From contig OX597840.1 in NCBI GenBank assembly GCA_951406725.2, positions 37,448,001-37,512,000 on the forward strand: a stretch of 64,000 nt of DNA. Direction: 5' to 3'. Both the position numbers and the translations under genes were made by a program. Each line of letters opens with the position of its first letter. The first letter of the stretch is position 1. Shown one piece after another: positions 1 to 12,936 of this stretch. The stretch comes from Octopus vulgaris (Eukaryota). Under the pieces are notes generated by a model. The model was not told the DNA's origin, made no database searches, and was given only the letters and a program-made list of their open reading frames with translations.

Positions 1-159
1 ATACAGAGAAAGAATGAAAAAAATCTTGTAGGCATCAGTGGTCCAGCATGGCGAATGATCTATCTATCTTTCTTTCTTTCATTGTAGATAGATAGATAGA
101 TAGATAAGCTGATTGTGAGTAAATACTTGTGACTTTGCTGGAGTTTTTCTTTTGCTTTT

Positions 160-214
160 CTTTATTAAAATACTGCGTAATGAAATCGGTTCATTCTTTT
201 TGAATAACCCTGTA
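160..214 (-). mobile_element. Probable Tc1/mariner terminal inverted repeat end (solo fragment)
   Basis: The reverse complement starts TA-CAGGGTTATTCAAAAAG, a Tc1/mariner-like terminus after TA. No partner end was found in the window. Confidence 0.4.
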
Positions 215-984
215 TACTGCAAAATATTACAAAGAACACAGAGAGTGGTGCATCATCAAATGTTTCATTTCATTTTACAATAGGCCATACAGCATAGTGT
301 ATGACCAGTATGTAAAACGGAAAGGAAAGTTTGATGTAATGTGTCTGCATTATTTGTAATAGTTTGGAATTTACTCTCCTGATAAAATTCATAATCATCA
401 GAAGAATTCCAGCGGGATAGCTCATACTAAGCAATCATTGATGATTAATACATCCTGAAGGGGCTAGCCGAAAGTTGGAACATACCTGAGAGCTATTACG
501 GTGATTTATCCTATATATGTACCTCTATCCTTTTATACCTTAAAGCTATTACGGTAATTTATGCTATATACACACCTTATAAACAAATACAGACACATAC
601 CTACATATATACCTATCTATATGCATAGGGGAGTGTAAATACAATGAGAAATACAATATAAACGACTCAAGATGAACAAAGTTTAACAAATATATTAGAT
701 TGATAGTTTAAAAGAAAGAGAAAATTTTAACATACACACAAACACACAAAAACACACACATATAATTTTCTAATTTTATCTTCACCATAAAAATTTATCT
801 AAGTGATCCCACAACCCCTTTTATGCCCCTATTGGTAGAAAATACATTTGTGGTTTTCTAGTGTAGAAACACTGACGTAGATATGAATCTTGTTACACTT
901 TTTCATGGAATTTATATACACTGTATGTGTGTGTATAGAATTTATAGTCACTTATGCTATGTTATACGTAACATAAACTAATAT

Positions 985-1333
985 GGAGGTGCAATGAGCC
1001 AGTGGTTAGGGTAGCTGAATCACGGTCATAGGATCGCGGTTTCGATTCTCAAATCGGGCGTTGTGAGTGTTTATTGAGCTACACGTGACTCCGGCTGCGT
1101 ATGGTGGTGAACCCTCCTGTTTTCTTCCACCACTGTTTTCTCTCACTCTTTCTTCCTGTTTCTGTTGTACCTGTATTGCCGCAGTGTGTGTCACGCTGAA
1201 TCTCTCCGAGAACTACGTTGAGGGCGCACGTATCTGTGGAGTGCTCAGCCACTTCCACATTAATTTCACGAGCAGGTTGTTCCGTTGATCGGATCAACTG
1301 AAACCCTCGTCGTCGTAACCGACGGAGTGCCAC
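985..1333 (+). mobile_element. tRNA-derived SINE, family A
   Basis: A-box-like TGAGCCAGTGGTTAGG and B-box-like GGTTTCGATTC. The 3' body (TGTGGAGTGCTCAGCCACTT...GTTCCGTT) recurs at 23922-24225 and the head recurs at 52010-52095. Confidence 0.85.
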
Positions 1334-1404
1334 GATATAAACCAACAGTCATATCAATTTAATTTTTATGGCCGTATGGGCTATTTGTTCGATGATATTA
1401 TTGC

Positions 1405-1685
1405 TGACTAAATACACGGTAGAGAGAGCTAAGCTTCAACAGATGCTGTATCATATGTATAAAAGAGAATTTGTCAATGTTTTGATTGCTATTATTATTG
1501 TTAATTAGATAGAGGAGAGCGAAAATTGAGCATCGAGAGAAGTTGTATGAGACGCATGAAACACAATTTGATTAATCGCTGTTTGATAACACTATTGATG
1601 ATTAGATATACGATATGGGAAGCTGAGCATCAAGAGATGTTCCATTAGTCATATAAAAGACAATTTGATTAAGTATTGTTTCCTT
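1405..1685. repeat. Diverged tandem repeat, about 95 bp unit, 3 copies
   Basis: Recurring TGAGCATCRAGAGA...ACAATTTGATTAA near 1528 and 1624, with a more decayed copy near 1430. Confidence 0.6.
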
Positions 1686-1944
1686 GAAGACAGTTTTTCT
1701 GTTGAATCTCAGAAAATGGCAAACCAAAATACCTGCAGGACGTTTACTGAGTTTAATTAGATACGGAAGAAGAAAGGAAACCTTTTGACTTGTAATCTCT
1801 TAGAGTGAACTAATCTTTCTGTTTTTTTTTTGTGAATGGGAAGAAAATATTTTTTTAATTTTATAACACAGCAACAAAAATACAATGGAACACACCGACG
1901 CTGGTTCTTCCTTAGAAACTGAAAGCGAAGTTCTTCAGATGTTT

Positions 1945-1947
1945 GTG

Positions 1948-1989
<42 letters not shown>

Positions 1990-2045
1990 CATACATACAT
2001 ACATACATACATACATACATACATACATACATACATACATAATAG

Positions 2046-2092
<47 letters not shown>

Positions 2093-2720
2093 GATACATA
2101 TATATATATACACATACACACACACATATATATAGATACATATATATATATACACATACACACACACATATATATAGATACATATATATATACACATACA
2201 CACACACATATATATAGATACATATATATATACACATACACACACACATATATATAGATACATATATATATATACACATACACACACACATATATAGATA
2301 CATATATATATACACATACACACACACATATATATAGATACATATATATATATACACATACACACACATATATATAGATACATATATATATATACACATA
2401 CACACACACATATATATAGATACATATATATATATACACATACACACACACATATATATAGATATATATATATACACATACACACACACATATATATAGA
2501 TACATATATATATATACACATACACACACACATATATATAGATACATATATATATATACACATACACACACACATATATATAGATACATATATATATATA
2601 CACATACACACACACATATATATATATACATATATATATATACACATACACACACATATATATATATATATATATAGATGGATAGATGCGCATATACATA
2701 TATACATCATACATACATAT
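1945..2720. repeat. Compound micro/minisatellite
   Basis: (TA)n and (TACA)n, then about 15 copies of a roughly 40 bp unit TAGATACA(TA)nCACATA(CA)n(TA)n. Confidence 0.95.
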
Positions 2721-3652
2721 TTAGTCACGTTTACACCTGCACACAGCACATGCATGCACACTCTCACAAATTAAACTGAATTCATTCAGAAATTCAGAAA
2801 TAATTCTATTGCACAGGTTACGATAAAATTAAGGCAGAACAGAATGGATGACATCAGGTGAATAGTGCAACAAATTAAATATATATAACCACACATACAC
2901 AACACATGTATTATAGAGGATATACGAATGTTTGCTGGTATTTCAGTGATTCTATTTGTATTTTTTTTCCTATTCATTCTCTCCGTTTTTTGAACAAATA
3001 ATAGTTTCTTATCTTAAAAAGAGAGTAAAGCTTCACTTTACAAAGTGACACACGCGATATTTTATAAAAGTCGTTTACATTTATGTAGTTCCATGTACAT
3101 ATTTTGGTTACTTCGAATCCGTATTGCAGTATTTAAGCTGATTATCTGGCCAACGCATGTATACAACGTATCTATGTATGTATGTATCTATTTATCTATC
3201 TACCTACCTATATATATATATATATACACACACACACATATACGCTTGATTTTTACTTGTGTGTATTAGTAAGTGTACATATGTCACGTTGCACATGACT
3301 ATATGTGAGTAACTGAGTGCTGAACATATATTTATTCAAGCACACATTGATATATATGTATGTATGTGTATGTATGTATATATATGTATATATGTATATA
3401 TATATATTTATGTATATGTATATATATATGCATATATATATACATATGTGTGTATATATACATATGTATGTGTGCATATATACATATATATGTATATATA
3501 TATACATATATATGTATATATATATACATATATATCTATATTTATATATATATATGTATGTATGCATATATACATATGTATATATAGATATATATGTATG
3601 TATCTATATATACATACACACATACATATGTATATGTATATATGTATATATG

Positions 3653-3691
<39 letters not shown>

Positions 3692-3694
<3 letters not shown>

Positions 3695-3890
3695 TGTGTG
3701 TAAGAGAACTCACAACAAAAAAGCCAAAGACGAAGACAGGTGGTGTAGAAAACAAACAGATGTATTAGTTTAACGCTCGGGAAGTGAAAAAATCTTTAAA
3801 GTTTCGAGCCTACGCTCTTCCACAGAAAGGAACACAAAAAGAAACAAGGAGAGAAAGTAAAGAATGTGTAGTGGCTAGCGATCTATCGCA
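3692..3890 (-). mobile_element. Short (TA)n-associated element with a hammerhead-like motif (PLE pLTR-like)
   Basis: Minus strand 3829-3794 reads CTTT-CTGTGGA-A-GAGC-GTAG-GCTC-GAAA-CTT-T-AAAG. The tail GAGCGT..TAATAC..TTTGTT is shared with the 12931-13140 element, and the 3' end abuts (TA)n. Confidence 0.65.
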
Positions 3891-4864
3891 TATATGTATA
3901 TTTATATATATGTACATACATACACACACGCACATGGTTTGCGTATTTAGTTGGAATATTAAATTCATAGTTACACTAGCTGTCACTAAACTTTCAAATG
4001 TAAGCAGGTCTCTCCATTTAATATTAGCCATAAATATCCGTGGGATTAGAATAAGAGACTTCATGCATAATTAAGGAAAATACTCAGTCACCGACTTGTA
4101 GCATGTACAGCTACGACTTCCTTCTCTGTACACGAACATCTCATACATATAGAAGTAATATTTACATCTGTTGTAACATACAGTGTTAGCTAAAATCTGT
4201 AGATATATTCCATAGTATATTAAGGCAATGAAACAAAATATGTGAATATTTTAGTAATTATTGAAAGATCCATTTACTTTTCTTATGTATGTACCCGCAC
4301 ACGTGTAGACATACTTATGTGTGTACGTATAAGTGTGTTTATGTATGTAGGTTGTTAGACATGTATATATAAGTGTGTGTGTGTGTGTGTGCATGCCTCT
4401 ATGTAGATAGGTATGAAGGTAAGTAGACAAATAAGTATGTATTTATGCAGGTAAGTACGAAGGCAGTTACGTATGTATATAGGTAAGTAGGTATGTTGGA
4501 AGGTAGGTATATCTGTATATATGTAGGTAGGTAAGTAGACAACTAGATACGTATTTATGCAGGTAGGTAGGAAGGCAGGTTGGTACTTATAAATGTAAGT
4601 AGGTACGTTGGAAGGTAAGTAAGTCTGTATGTCTGTATGTAGGCAAGTATTTAGGAAGAAATTGTGGGTAGTTAGATAGGTAGGTATGTATATATTTATG
4701 TATGTATATACGTATGTATGTATATAATTATTCAGTTTTATTTCAAGATTTCGTGCCAATAGACCAAGAGTCAGATTCTAAAGAATATCCAAGGTTTCTT
4801 CATTGGAAATTCAACAACATCAACAAGATATTTTTGTGTGTGTGTATGTATATATGTATATATA

Positions 4865-5010
4865 CTTTATTTAAAGCAGCAGAAAATTCAACAAAACCTG
4901 TTACAGGTTTTGTTGAATTTTCTGCTGCTGTAAATAAAGCATATTACTCTACCACTGGTATTTGAGGACTCTTTTCTCCACCTTGTTTCACATTTATGTG
5001 TTTACTCCGG
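4865..5010. mobile_element. Palindromic element plus unique tail, embedded in TA-rich repeat
   Basis: 37 bp arms (4865-4901 and 4903-4939) with 1 mismatch and a 1 nt spacer, followed by a 70 bp tail and (TA)n. Confidence 0.7.
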
Positions 5011-5180
5011 TATATATATATATATATATATATGCATATTTGTATGTTTTGTTTTATGTATGTATTCTCATGCATAAATTCCTATGTCTAGACATATTCT
5101 GCGTTTATATATGTATGCATTTATGTACGAATGTATGTATGTATGTCATTCAGTTTTATTTCAAGATTTCTTTGCAATAC

Positions 5181-5230
<50 letters not shown>

Positions 5231-5897
5231 CAGGTTTCTAACCTAGATCCAAGTTTCCTTCATTGGAATTTCATCAACAACAAGGTGTTTTTGTATGTAT
5301 GTATGGATGGATGGATGGATGTGTGTACGTTTACGTTGTCATTCATCCGGAACAATGAATCCGTAAATGTGTACGTTTCATTTGAAAGATCGATATAGAA
5401 ATACGTATGTTTGAATCTATATACAAATTGTATGTACGTGCATAGCAAAGGCTAAACTTGTTATATACAATTTAAATATTGCTGTAAACAAGATGGAGAA
5501 TACGAAGAGAGAGAAACATTATGAATAGAAAGAAAATTAAGAATTATTTGAGCTGAGATACCTTATTTCCACCTACATGTTATCGATTTTCGGGCGAAGC
5601 TCGGATGGATGAAAACACGAAGTAATAATTTGTGAAGTTTCTCAGATTCAAATATTAAATTTATATACTTATGTGTTTGTGTGTGTGAGAGAGAGAGGGG
5701 GGAAAGGGAGAGAGAGACAGAGAGAGATAGAGTAGGTAAGTAGAGAAATAGATATGTATTTATGTAGGCAGGTAGGAAGGATAGGCTGGTAGGTATCTTC
5801 TATATATTCCGTCACTTACAAACTCATTCAATTAACAAAGAGTTAATTTGAGCGAATAACTCTATCCTCATGGAGGAAAAGTCTGCAAATGCATTTG

Positions 5898-6269
5898 CTC
5901 TTTTCTCCTCTAGGCACAATGTCTGGAATTTTTGGGGAGGGGGCCAGTCGATTGGATCGACACCAGTACGTAACTGGTACTTAATTCATTGACCCCGAAA
6001 GGATGAAAGGCAAAGTCGACCTCGGCGGAATTTGAACTCAAAACGTAACGGCAGAGGAAATACCTATTTATTTACTACCCACAAGGGGCTAAACACAGGG
6101 AGGACAAACAAGGACAGACAAACGGATTTAGTCGATTATATTGACCCCAGTGCGTAACTGGTACTTATTTAATCGACCCCGAAAGGATGAAAGGCAAAGT
6201 CAACCTGCGGACGAAATACCACAAAGCATTTCGATCGGTATGCTAACGTCTCTGCCGGTTCGCCGCCTT
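5898..6269 (-). mobile_element. tRNA-derived SINE family B, dimeric form
   Basis: Two copies of the core GTYGACTTTGCCTTTCATCCTTTCGGGGTC..AAGTACCAG. The architecture and junction match 49597-49962. Confidence 0.9.
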
Positions 6270-6913
6270 TGCAGATGTATTTATTGAAGTGGAGCCTATC
6301 AGCAACAGCAACAACAAAACCAAATCCATCCTCAAGCAAACGTCTGTTATTTAATTTATTTAACCAAACAACAAAATCGAACTGTGAAATCAATGCAAAC
6401 TGTGCGGATATGACCGCAGTATGTCGAGAGCCGTAACTTGATACCTCAGAGTATTTGATATCACAGCATTGGCCACTTCTACTGAACAGACGCGCTACCA
6501 CCATATTTAGATTCATTGAACTATTTCAGGAATGTTCACAGTTAACAATCCTTTAATTGTTTTTGGCATCCAAACTATGAGATTTATAAAAAAAAAAATT
6601 ATGTTTTACTTTGTCACTGCTTATCTCGTAACTTCTCTCTTCTTACCTCACTCTCTCTCTCTCTCTCTATTTCCCTCACTCTGTTTCTCTATCCTCTTAT
6701 CTTAATTTCATCTGCACTCTTTGTCGCCTTCGGCTGTCTCTCACTCTCTCTCTCTCCCAGAAAATATATGTAATTAAATACACATACATATATATAGATA
6801 TATATACAGAGAGATAGATAGATATGCATTAACATATGTATATACTTACATACGTACATACACACGCAAATACATAAACGTGTATATATATACACACATA
6901 CACACACACACAT

Positions 6914-6970
<57 letters not shown>

Positions 6971-7838
6971 CGTCTCCTGTGCTATCACTGTTATACTCAT
7001 TCTCTTTCTTTCAACTTTAGTTCTTTCTCCTTTCTCTTTCTCACCCGATCACCCTTTCTCTCTTCTTCTCTCTTTCTCTCTCACTCCTTCTCTAACTCTC
7101 TCTCCCTCTCACACTCATTCTCTCTCTTCCTCTTCCTCTACTTATATTGCACACCATTCCAAATTCTGTTTGATTTACGCAGCGTGTCACATGTCAAAAC
7201 TTATTAAGGTACATAATAACAAGAACAACACCAACAACAATAACACAAAACAAACACCAACAACAATAACAATAATAATATGCATAACATTATTAATGAG
7301 AAAAATAATGAGATGCAAAAAATGTCGCAATCAAAGAAAACCGAAGCAGTTTAAAGAAGATGTGAACGTAAATACACGATGGTCCTATAATTTAGTCAAC
7401 TATTTTGTAGTCGCCATTTTAACTTTACATGGTTGTTTTTTTTTTTTTCTCTTGTCGCTGAATCTGCCAAAAATTATAACAGAAACCATGTCAACAATTG
7501 CCACCAAAGTACAGAGACACGAACGACAGCAAATTATTACTAAAAACATGAACATCATCACCATAGCCACTTCTGCCTCAATCACAAGGATACTTGCCGA
7601 AGGCACATCAAACTAAATCATGGGTTTGCAAATCATCTAGTTGTAATAATCACAGAGATATATCTGATGAAATATGAAAATATTCCACTGGGCTATCTCT
7701 AATAAACTTAGTGACATTTCTTGCAATTACCTTGAAAAAAAAAAGAATTTTTCATTAGTTCCCCTCGTATTTTTTAAGAAAATTATCAGCGCAAATAATA
7801 TTTCGTCCACATAATGGCTTTCATATAAATTAACTCTC

Positions 7839-8057
7839 AGGCGGCGAGCTGGCAGAATCGTTAACACGCTGGGCGAAAGGCTTAGCGGTATTTCGTCTGT
7901 ATTTACATTCTGAATTCAAATTCCGTCGAGGTCGACTTTCCCTTTCATTTTTTCGGGGTCGATAAATTACGTACCGGTTGCGTACTGATGTCGATCCAAT
8001 CGACTGGGCCCCTCACCCAACATTTCGGGCTCGTGCCTAGGGTAGAAAAAAAAAAAA
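7839..8057 (+). mobile_element. tRNA-derived SINE family B (Meta/Sauria-like central domain)
   Basis: Head GGCGGCGAGCTGGCAGAATCGTT, B box GAATTCAAATTCC, central GTCGACTTT.CCTTTCAT..TTCGGGGTCGATAAAT motif and an A tail. More than 12 related copies occur in the window. Confidence 0.9.
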
Positions 8058-8066
8058 ATTGACTCT

Positions 8067-8300
8067 AGGGTGGTGAGCTGGCAGAATCGTTTCCACGCCA
8101 GGCGAAATGTTTAGCGGTATTTCGTCTACCGTTACGTTCTGAGTTCAAATTCCGCCGAGATCGATTTTGCCGTTCTTCGTTTCGGGGTCGATTAAATAAG
8201 TACCAGTTACGCACTGGGGTCAATGTAATCGACTTAATCCTCATGTCTGTCCTTGTTTCTCCTCCATATGTTTAGCCCCCTGTAGGCAATAAAGAAATAA
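8067..8300 (+). mobile_element. SINE family B with alternative 3' tail
   Basis: Same head and core. The tail TGTCTGTCCTTGTTT..TTTAGCCCC.TGT is that of the left monomer of the dimeric copies. The flank ATATAAATTAACTCT is duplicated. Confidence 0.9.
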
Positions 8301-9096
8301 ATATAAATTAACTCTGTCAATCCGCATTTACTCTGTAGTGAGATTTGCTTAAATGTCATTTCTGTGCAAGCAGTTATGAAAATCTCACACGGAGAACAAG
8401 AGAAAATACCACAAGTAGACAACCGATCACCTATTAGCTTCGTAGTCAAGTCTGTTTATGACTCATTGTTAATAGTATTCCCCGTAGCTGTTGTTTACTT
8501 TTGATTTTAATCGAGAAACAAAAGCGATTTTGCGATGAAACGTGCGTTTGATAAACCCAGCACTTGGCCTTGTAAAAGAGCAATGCGTAGACTCTTTGCA
8601 GTTCAGGAAATCATTGATTTTTCTTTTTTTTTTCGGACGAAGAGTTTACGCTTATGCAGGCAATGAGTGTGACTGGTGGTGCTTGTCAAATTGGTCAAAG
8701 TAATGAGGAAAGCAGCGATACAACAGTTGAGAGACAGGTCTGTTATTGATATTGTCCTGAATTCTTTTGCGATTCTGTCCTTTAGTTTTCTAGCAATTGA
8801 TATATATGCAACAATTTTGACTTTTGCCTAGTAGCCCCGCTAAAAAGTACAGTTAGATAAAAGGGCCCTGGCCTGAGAGGGTTATATCGGCATTTAACTA
8901 TATGGAAGTCCACCACGGCGCACTTGTGCCGAGTGGACGCAGGAGTAAGTGCATGGGTCAACACAATGAGTATTCAATGTTTTAGACATTGTGGAAGTCC
9001 ATAAAGTGAAGACCAGTATGGTTCCAGGCAAAATGTCGATATTGTTTACATTCAGATCAACCTCAATTAAGGAGACGTAAATTGCTTGGAAATATT

Positions 9097-9297
9097 TTTG
9101 GCACAAGGCCAGCAATTTTGGGAAGAGATCAAGTTCGACTACATCGACCCCAGGGCTCAACTGGTGCTTACTTTATCGATACCGAGAGGATGAAAGACAA
9201 AGTCAACCTCGGCGGGATTTGAACTCAGAACGTAAAAAAAGTGGACGAAATGCCGCATAGCGTTTCACTCGGCATGCTACCGATTCTGGCATCCTGC
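9097..9297 (-). mobile_element. SINE family B
   Basis: Reverse-complement match to family B (GGATGAAAGACAAAGTCAACCTCGGCGGGATTTGAACTCAGAACGTAA on +). Confidence 0.85.
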
Positions 9298-9639
9298 AGT
9301 CTTTATGAGCAATAAATTGCTCGTACTTCTACAATACACAAAATATTTTAGGTTTCTTTTTAATACAATCCCTAATAAAATTAATTATAAAAATACAATA
9401 TATTGAAATGCAGTGCAATCTGTCAGCGTATTTAGGGAAATGTAAGGTTCCACATCGGATGCGATATCGTAAGATGTGCGATTTGAGGGAGACTTGGCTG
9501 CTCTTTCTAACAACATGTTGTGACTCTTTCATTGGCTTGATGCAGTTTTTCTTTTTTTCTTTTTCGCAGTCTGCGGGGGATATTTCAATGCGATGTTGGC
9601 ATCTGGTGATAATGATGCTCAGGCCGGTGAGAGTGAAGG

Positions 9640-10660
9640 TGTTGCTGCTGTTGACGATGATGATGATGACCATAGGAACTCTGATAATGGCGTAGATGAT
9701 GATGATGATGACAAGGGTGGTGGTGTTGGTGAGGGGATTAGTAGCGTGTCACTTCAAAGTGATGTTGCTGATGATGATAGTCGCGGTGACGTCAATAAGT
9801 GTAGTAGTAGTAGTGGTAGTGGTGGTAGTAGTAGTAGTGGTGGTAGTGAAAGCAGCATTTAGTTTTGAGATAAGAATTAACGCTGTGGTGATGTTGGCCT
9901 ATATATAAAAAGTAGTAGAGGTTGTAGTAGTGGTGGTGGTGGTGGTGGTGGTTGTGGCTGTTGCGTCGAGGATAATAGCAGAAGTAATGCTCTAAGTAAT
10001 GAAGACGATGGTGGCGGTAGTAGTAGTGGATTTAGTGGTTTGGGATGTAGTTGTTGAGGTCATGGTAGCAGTGTATGTAGTTGTGGTGGTAGTGGTAATA
10101 ATTGTTGTAGTAGGTGTAATACTGGGGATGATAGTGATGGTGATGGCGCTGCTGATGGTGATAATGGTGGTGGGGATGATGGTGATGGTAGTGGTGTGAT
10201 GGTGGTGGTAGTGGTGTTTGCGGTTGTAGCGGTAGTGGTGGTGGTGGTGGTTTGTGGTTGTAGTGGTGGTGGTGGTGGTATGGTGGTTGTTTGTGGTTTT
10301 GGTGGCGGTGGTGGTGGTTTGTGGTTGTAGTGGTTGTGGTGGTGGTGATGGTGGTGGTTGTTTGTGGTTGTGGTGGTTGTTTGTGGGTGGTGGTAGTGGT
10401 GATGGTGGTTTGTGGTTGTAGTGGTGGTGGTGGTGGTGCCGATGGTTGTTTGTGGTTGTAGTGGTGGTGGTGCCGATGGTTGTTTGTGGTTGTAGTGGTG
10501 GTGGTGCCGATGGTTGTTTGTGGTTGTAGTGGTGGTGGTGGTGGTGCCGATGGTTGTTTGTGGTTGTAGTGGTGGTGGTGGTGGTGCCGATGGTTGTTTG
10601 TGGTTGTAGTGGTGGTGATGATGATGCTCATGGTGTTGATGGCGGCGGTGGTGGCATTGG
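9640..10660. repeat. (GAT)n/(GTA)n/(GGT)n low-complexity tract with an internal minisatellite
   Basis: About 5 copies of (GGT)nGCCGATGGTTGTTTGTGGTTGTAGT at 10420-10615. Confidence 0.9.
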
Positions 10661-11173
10661 CATCACAGGCGGTGGGCAGCAGAGTGGTGGTGGTCGCGGG
10701 TGGGGAATGGTTTAAATCGGAGAGTTAAATCGGTGTCTGCTACCATTCATGTTAGCCATACCAATGAAAATAGACATGTCGTCACGATGGTCGTTCGTCG
10801 GTGGCGGCGGTGGTGAGGAGGAGGTAGTGGGTTGTCGTGCGGGGTGAGGGTCGCGGTGTCGGCGGCGGTCTTAGATCAGCGTTGTTCAAAGAATGAAGAC
10901 ATGAGACGAGAGAATGGAACCTAATGATGTAAGTTGGTTGAGTAAAAGAAAGAGAGGTAGGTGAGAGAGAGAGAGAGAGAGAGACAGAGAAAGGAGAAGA
11001 GAGAGAGAGTGAGGAGGGAGAAGAAGGAGAGAGAGAGAGTGCAGCGTCAGTCGGAGGCAGAATTGACTAATTAGGCGTTGTATCACATGAAAGCCTCACA
11101 CACACGCACACATGCACACGCACACACACACATATACACATACGTACATGAGAGAATGTGTGTCTGTTCATTG

Positions 11174-11217
<44 letters not shown>

Positions 11218-11400
11218 GTACATATATGTATGTATATATATATGTGTGTATGTATATGTATATATATATATAAGTACGTGTACATATACATATATACATA
11301 CATACACACACACACGCATATAGATATATATATATATACATACATGCACACATAAATCTATCTTTCAGTCTATCCATAAATCACTGAATCTTTTAATCTA

Positions 11401-11436
<36 letters not shown>

Positions 11437-12708
11437 GCAATCTTAAATCTCTGAGTGTATATATGTATATATATATATACGCATATGAATACATAAATAT
11501 ATTTATATATGCATACACAGACACGCACACACATACACACGCATACACACACTCTTATATATATGCACAAAGCCATATATGAACGAATGTGGCAACGAGA
11601 TTTCCTTGTTTCATGCTAATCTCATCTTTTATTCTCTTTCTTTGGTTCTGTCTTCTGGCATTGAGTACTCACTCAGACAGACGAGAAAGAAATATGGTAA
11701 TTTGCAGGAATTGAAGATTCGCGAATCATGAAGTAAGATAATGTGATGCCTTTTCCTCAAAGTAAAGGTTACGCGGCTCTGAAGGAAATTTATAAGAAAG
11801 ATTTCTATCACTAGTACCACGTAAATTGCACCATCTTGATAAATGTCTTATTTCCTTCGGTAGAATAATGGTATTTTCACTGATTTGAAGTTTTTGCATA
11901 AGGCTAGCAACTTCAGAGGAGGGGCCCTAGTCAGTTCTGCGAAAGAATGAAGGGTGAATTGGAATTTGATCACAGAACGTAAAAAACGGGTGAAAAGACG
12001 CTAAGCATTTGGCCCAGCCCTGCTAACACTTCTACCCGACCCCTTGATACTTTCATTATCGAACGCCAGGGGAAGAAAGGTAAAGTGAAACAAAATTTGA
12101 AATAAATCGAAATGGATGATATCCATTGGCTTTCATATTTTTTGTCTTCGTAATTTAGCGATTCTAGTTACGATACGAGGTCGATGATTTAAGCATCTTA
12201 AAAATGGTTTTGCGTTCAATTCTTACCACATTTAGCTTTACCGTACATCCTTTCGAAGGTCAATAAAATGAAATATAAGTTAAATATTTTACTCCTTTCA
12301 GTCTTGAAGGATTTTAATCGCAGAAACGGACCCTAGGACTTATATTTTCTAAGCCTGGCACTTATTCTATCGGTTCTTTTGCTGAACTCCTAAATCGCAA
12401 GGATGTTACTACGTTTCGTTTTTCTCTAACAACAGGAAAACGAGAGAAAAATTATGCAACCAGCTTCAGGATACGTTGAGGACATAAACACGTAAATGAC
12501 ACCTAAACCATTTGCATACTGCACTTCACATTTCAATCCAGGACGCACATTATTTGCATTGAGTAAACTAATTTGCATAACGTTCGTTTGTTCGTTCGTT
12601 TGTTGCAGGTAGTACTAAATAATTAATATTTATGTTCAACGCAGAGTGCAATAGAAAATTAAAATAGCTTGAAATATAGTTTTGAAATGATTGCTTTTGG
12701 AAAATTAA

Positions 12709-12880
12709 GCAGTGGCTGTGTGGTAAGAGGTTTGGTTTCCAGCCACGCGGAGTTTCGGGTAGAGTCCCACTGCGTGTCACCTTGGGTATGCGTCTTCAAA
12801 TATAGCTTCGGGCTGACCAAAGCTTTGTGGGTCGATTTGGCTGACAGGAAACTAAAAGCCTGTCGTCGTATGTATGTATG

Positions 12881-12936
<56 letters not shown>

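Noticed and set aside
985-1070. tRNA gene (also 31640, 52010, 52907, 60630)
   Set aside because: The A/B boxes belong to SINE heads; there is no intact cloverleaf and they continue into SINE bodies.
2040-2670. CRISPR-like regular repeat array
   Set aside because: There are no unique spacers; it is a eukaryotic compound minisatellite.
1757-2767. Long ORFs rich in Y/I/C/V/M/H/T (also 14466-15064, 32769-33306, 36025-36603, 43014-43616 and many others)
   Set aside because: These are translations of alternating purine-pyrimidine microsatellites that lack stop codons; they are open in several frames on both strands.
9570-9862. Strong plus-strand acceptor followed by CGGYFNA, like the start of a CUB domain
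   Set aside because: The expected G.I.SP.YP does not follow, and the frame runs into (GAT)n/(AGT)n repeats.
10032-10631. Pro/Thr/His-rich 199 aa ORF resembling a mucin or extensin
   Set aside because: It derives from the (GGT)n minisatellite, with no unique domain or splice support.
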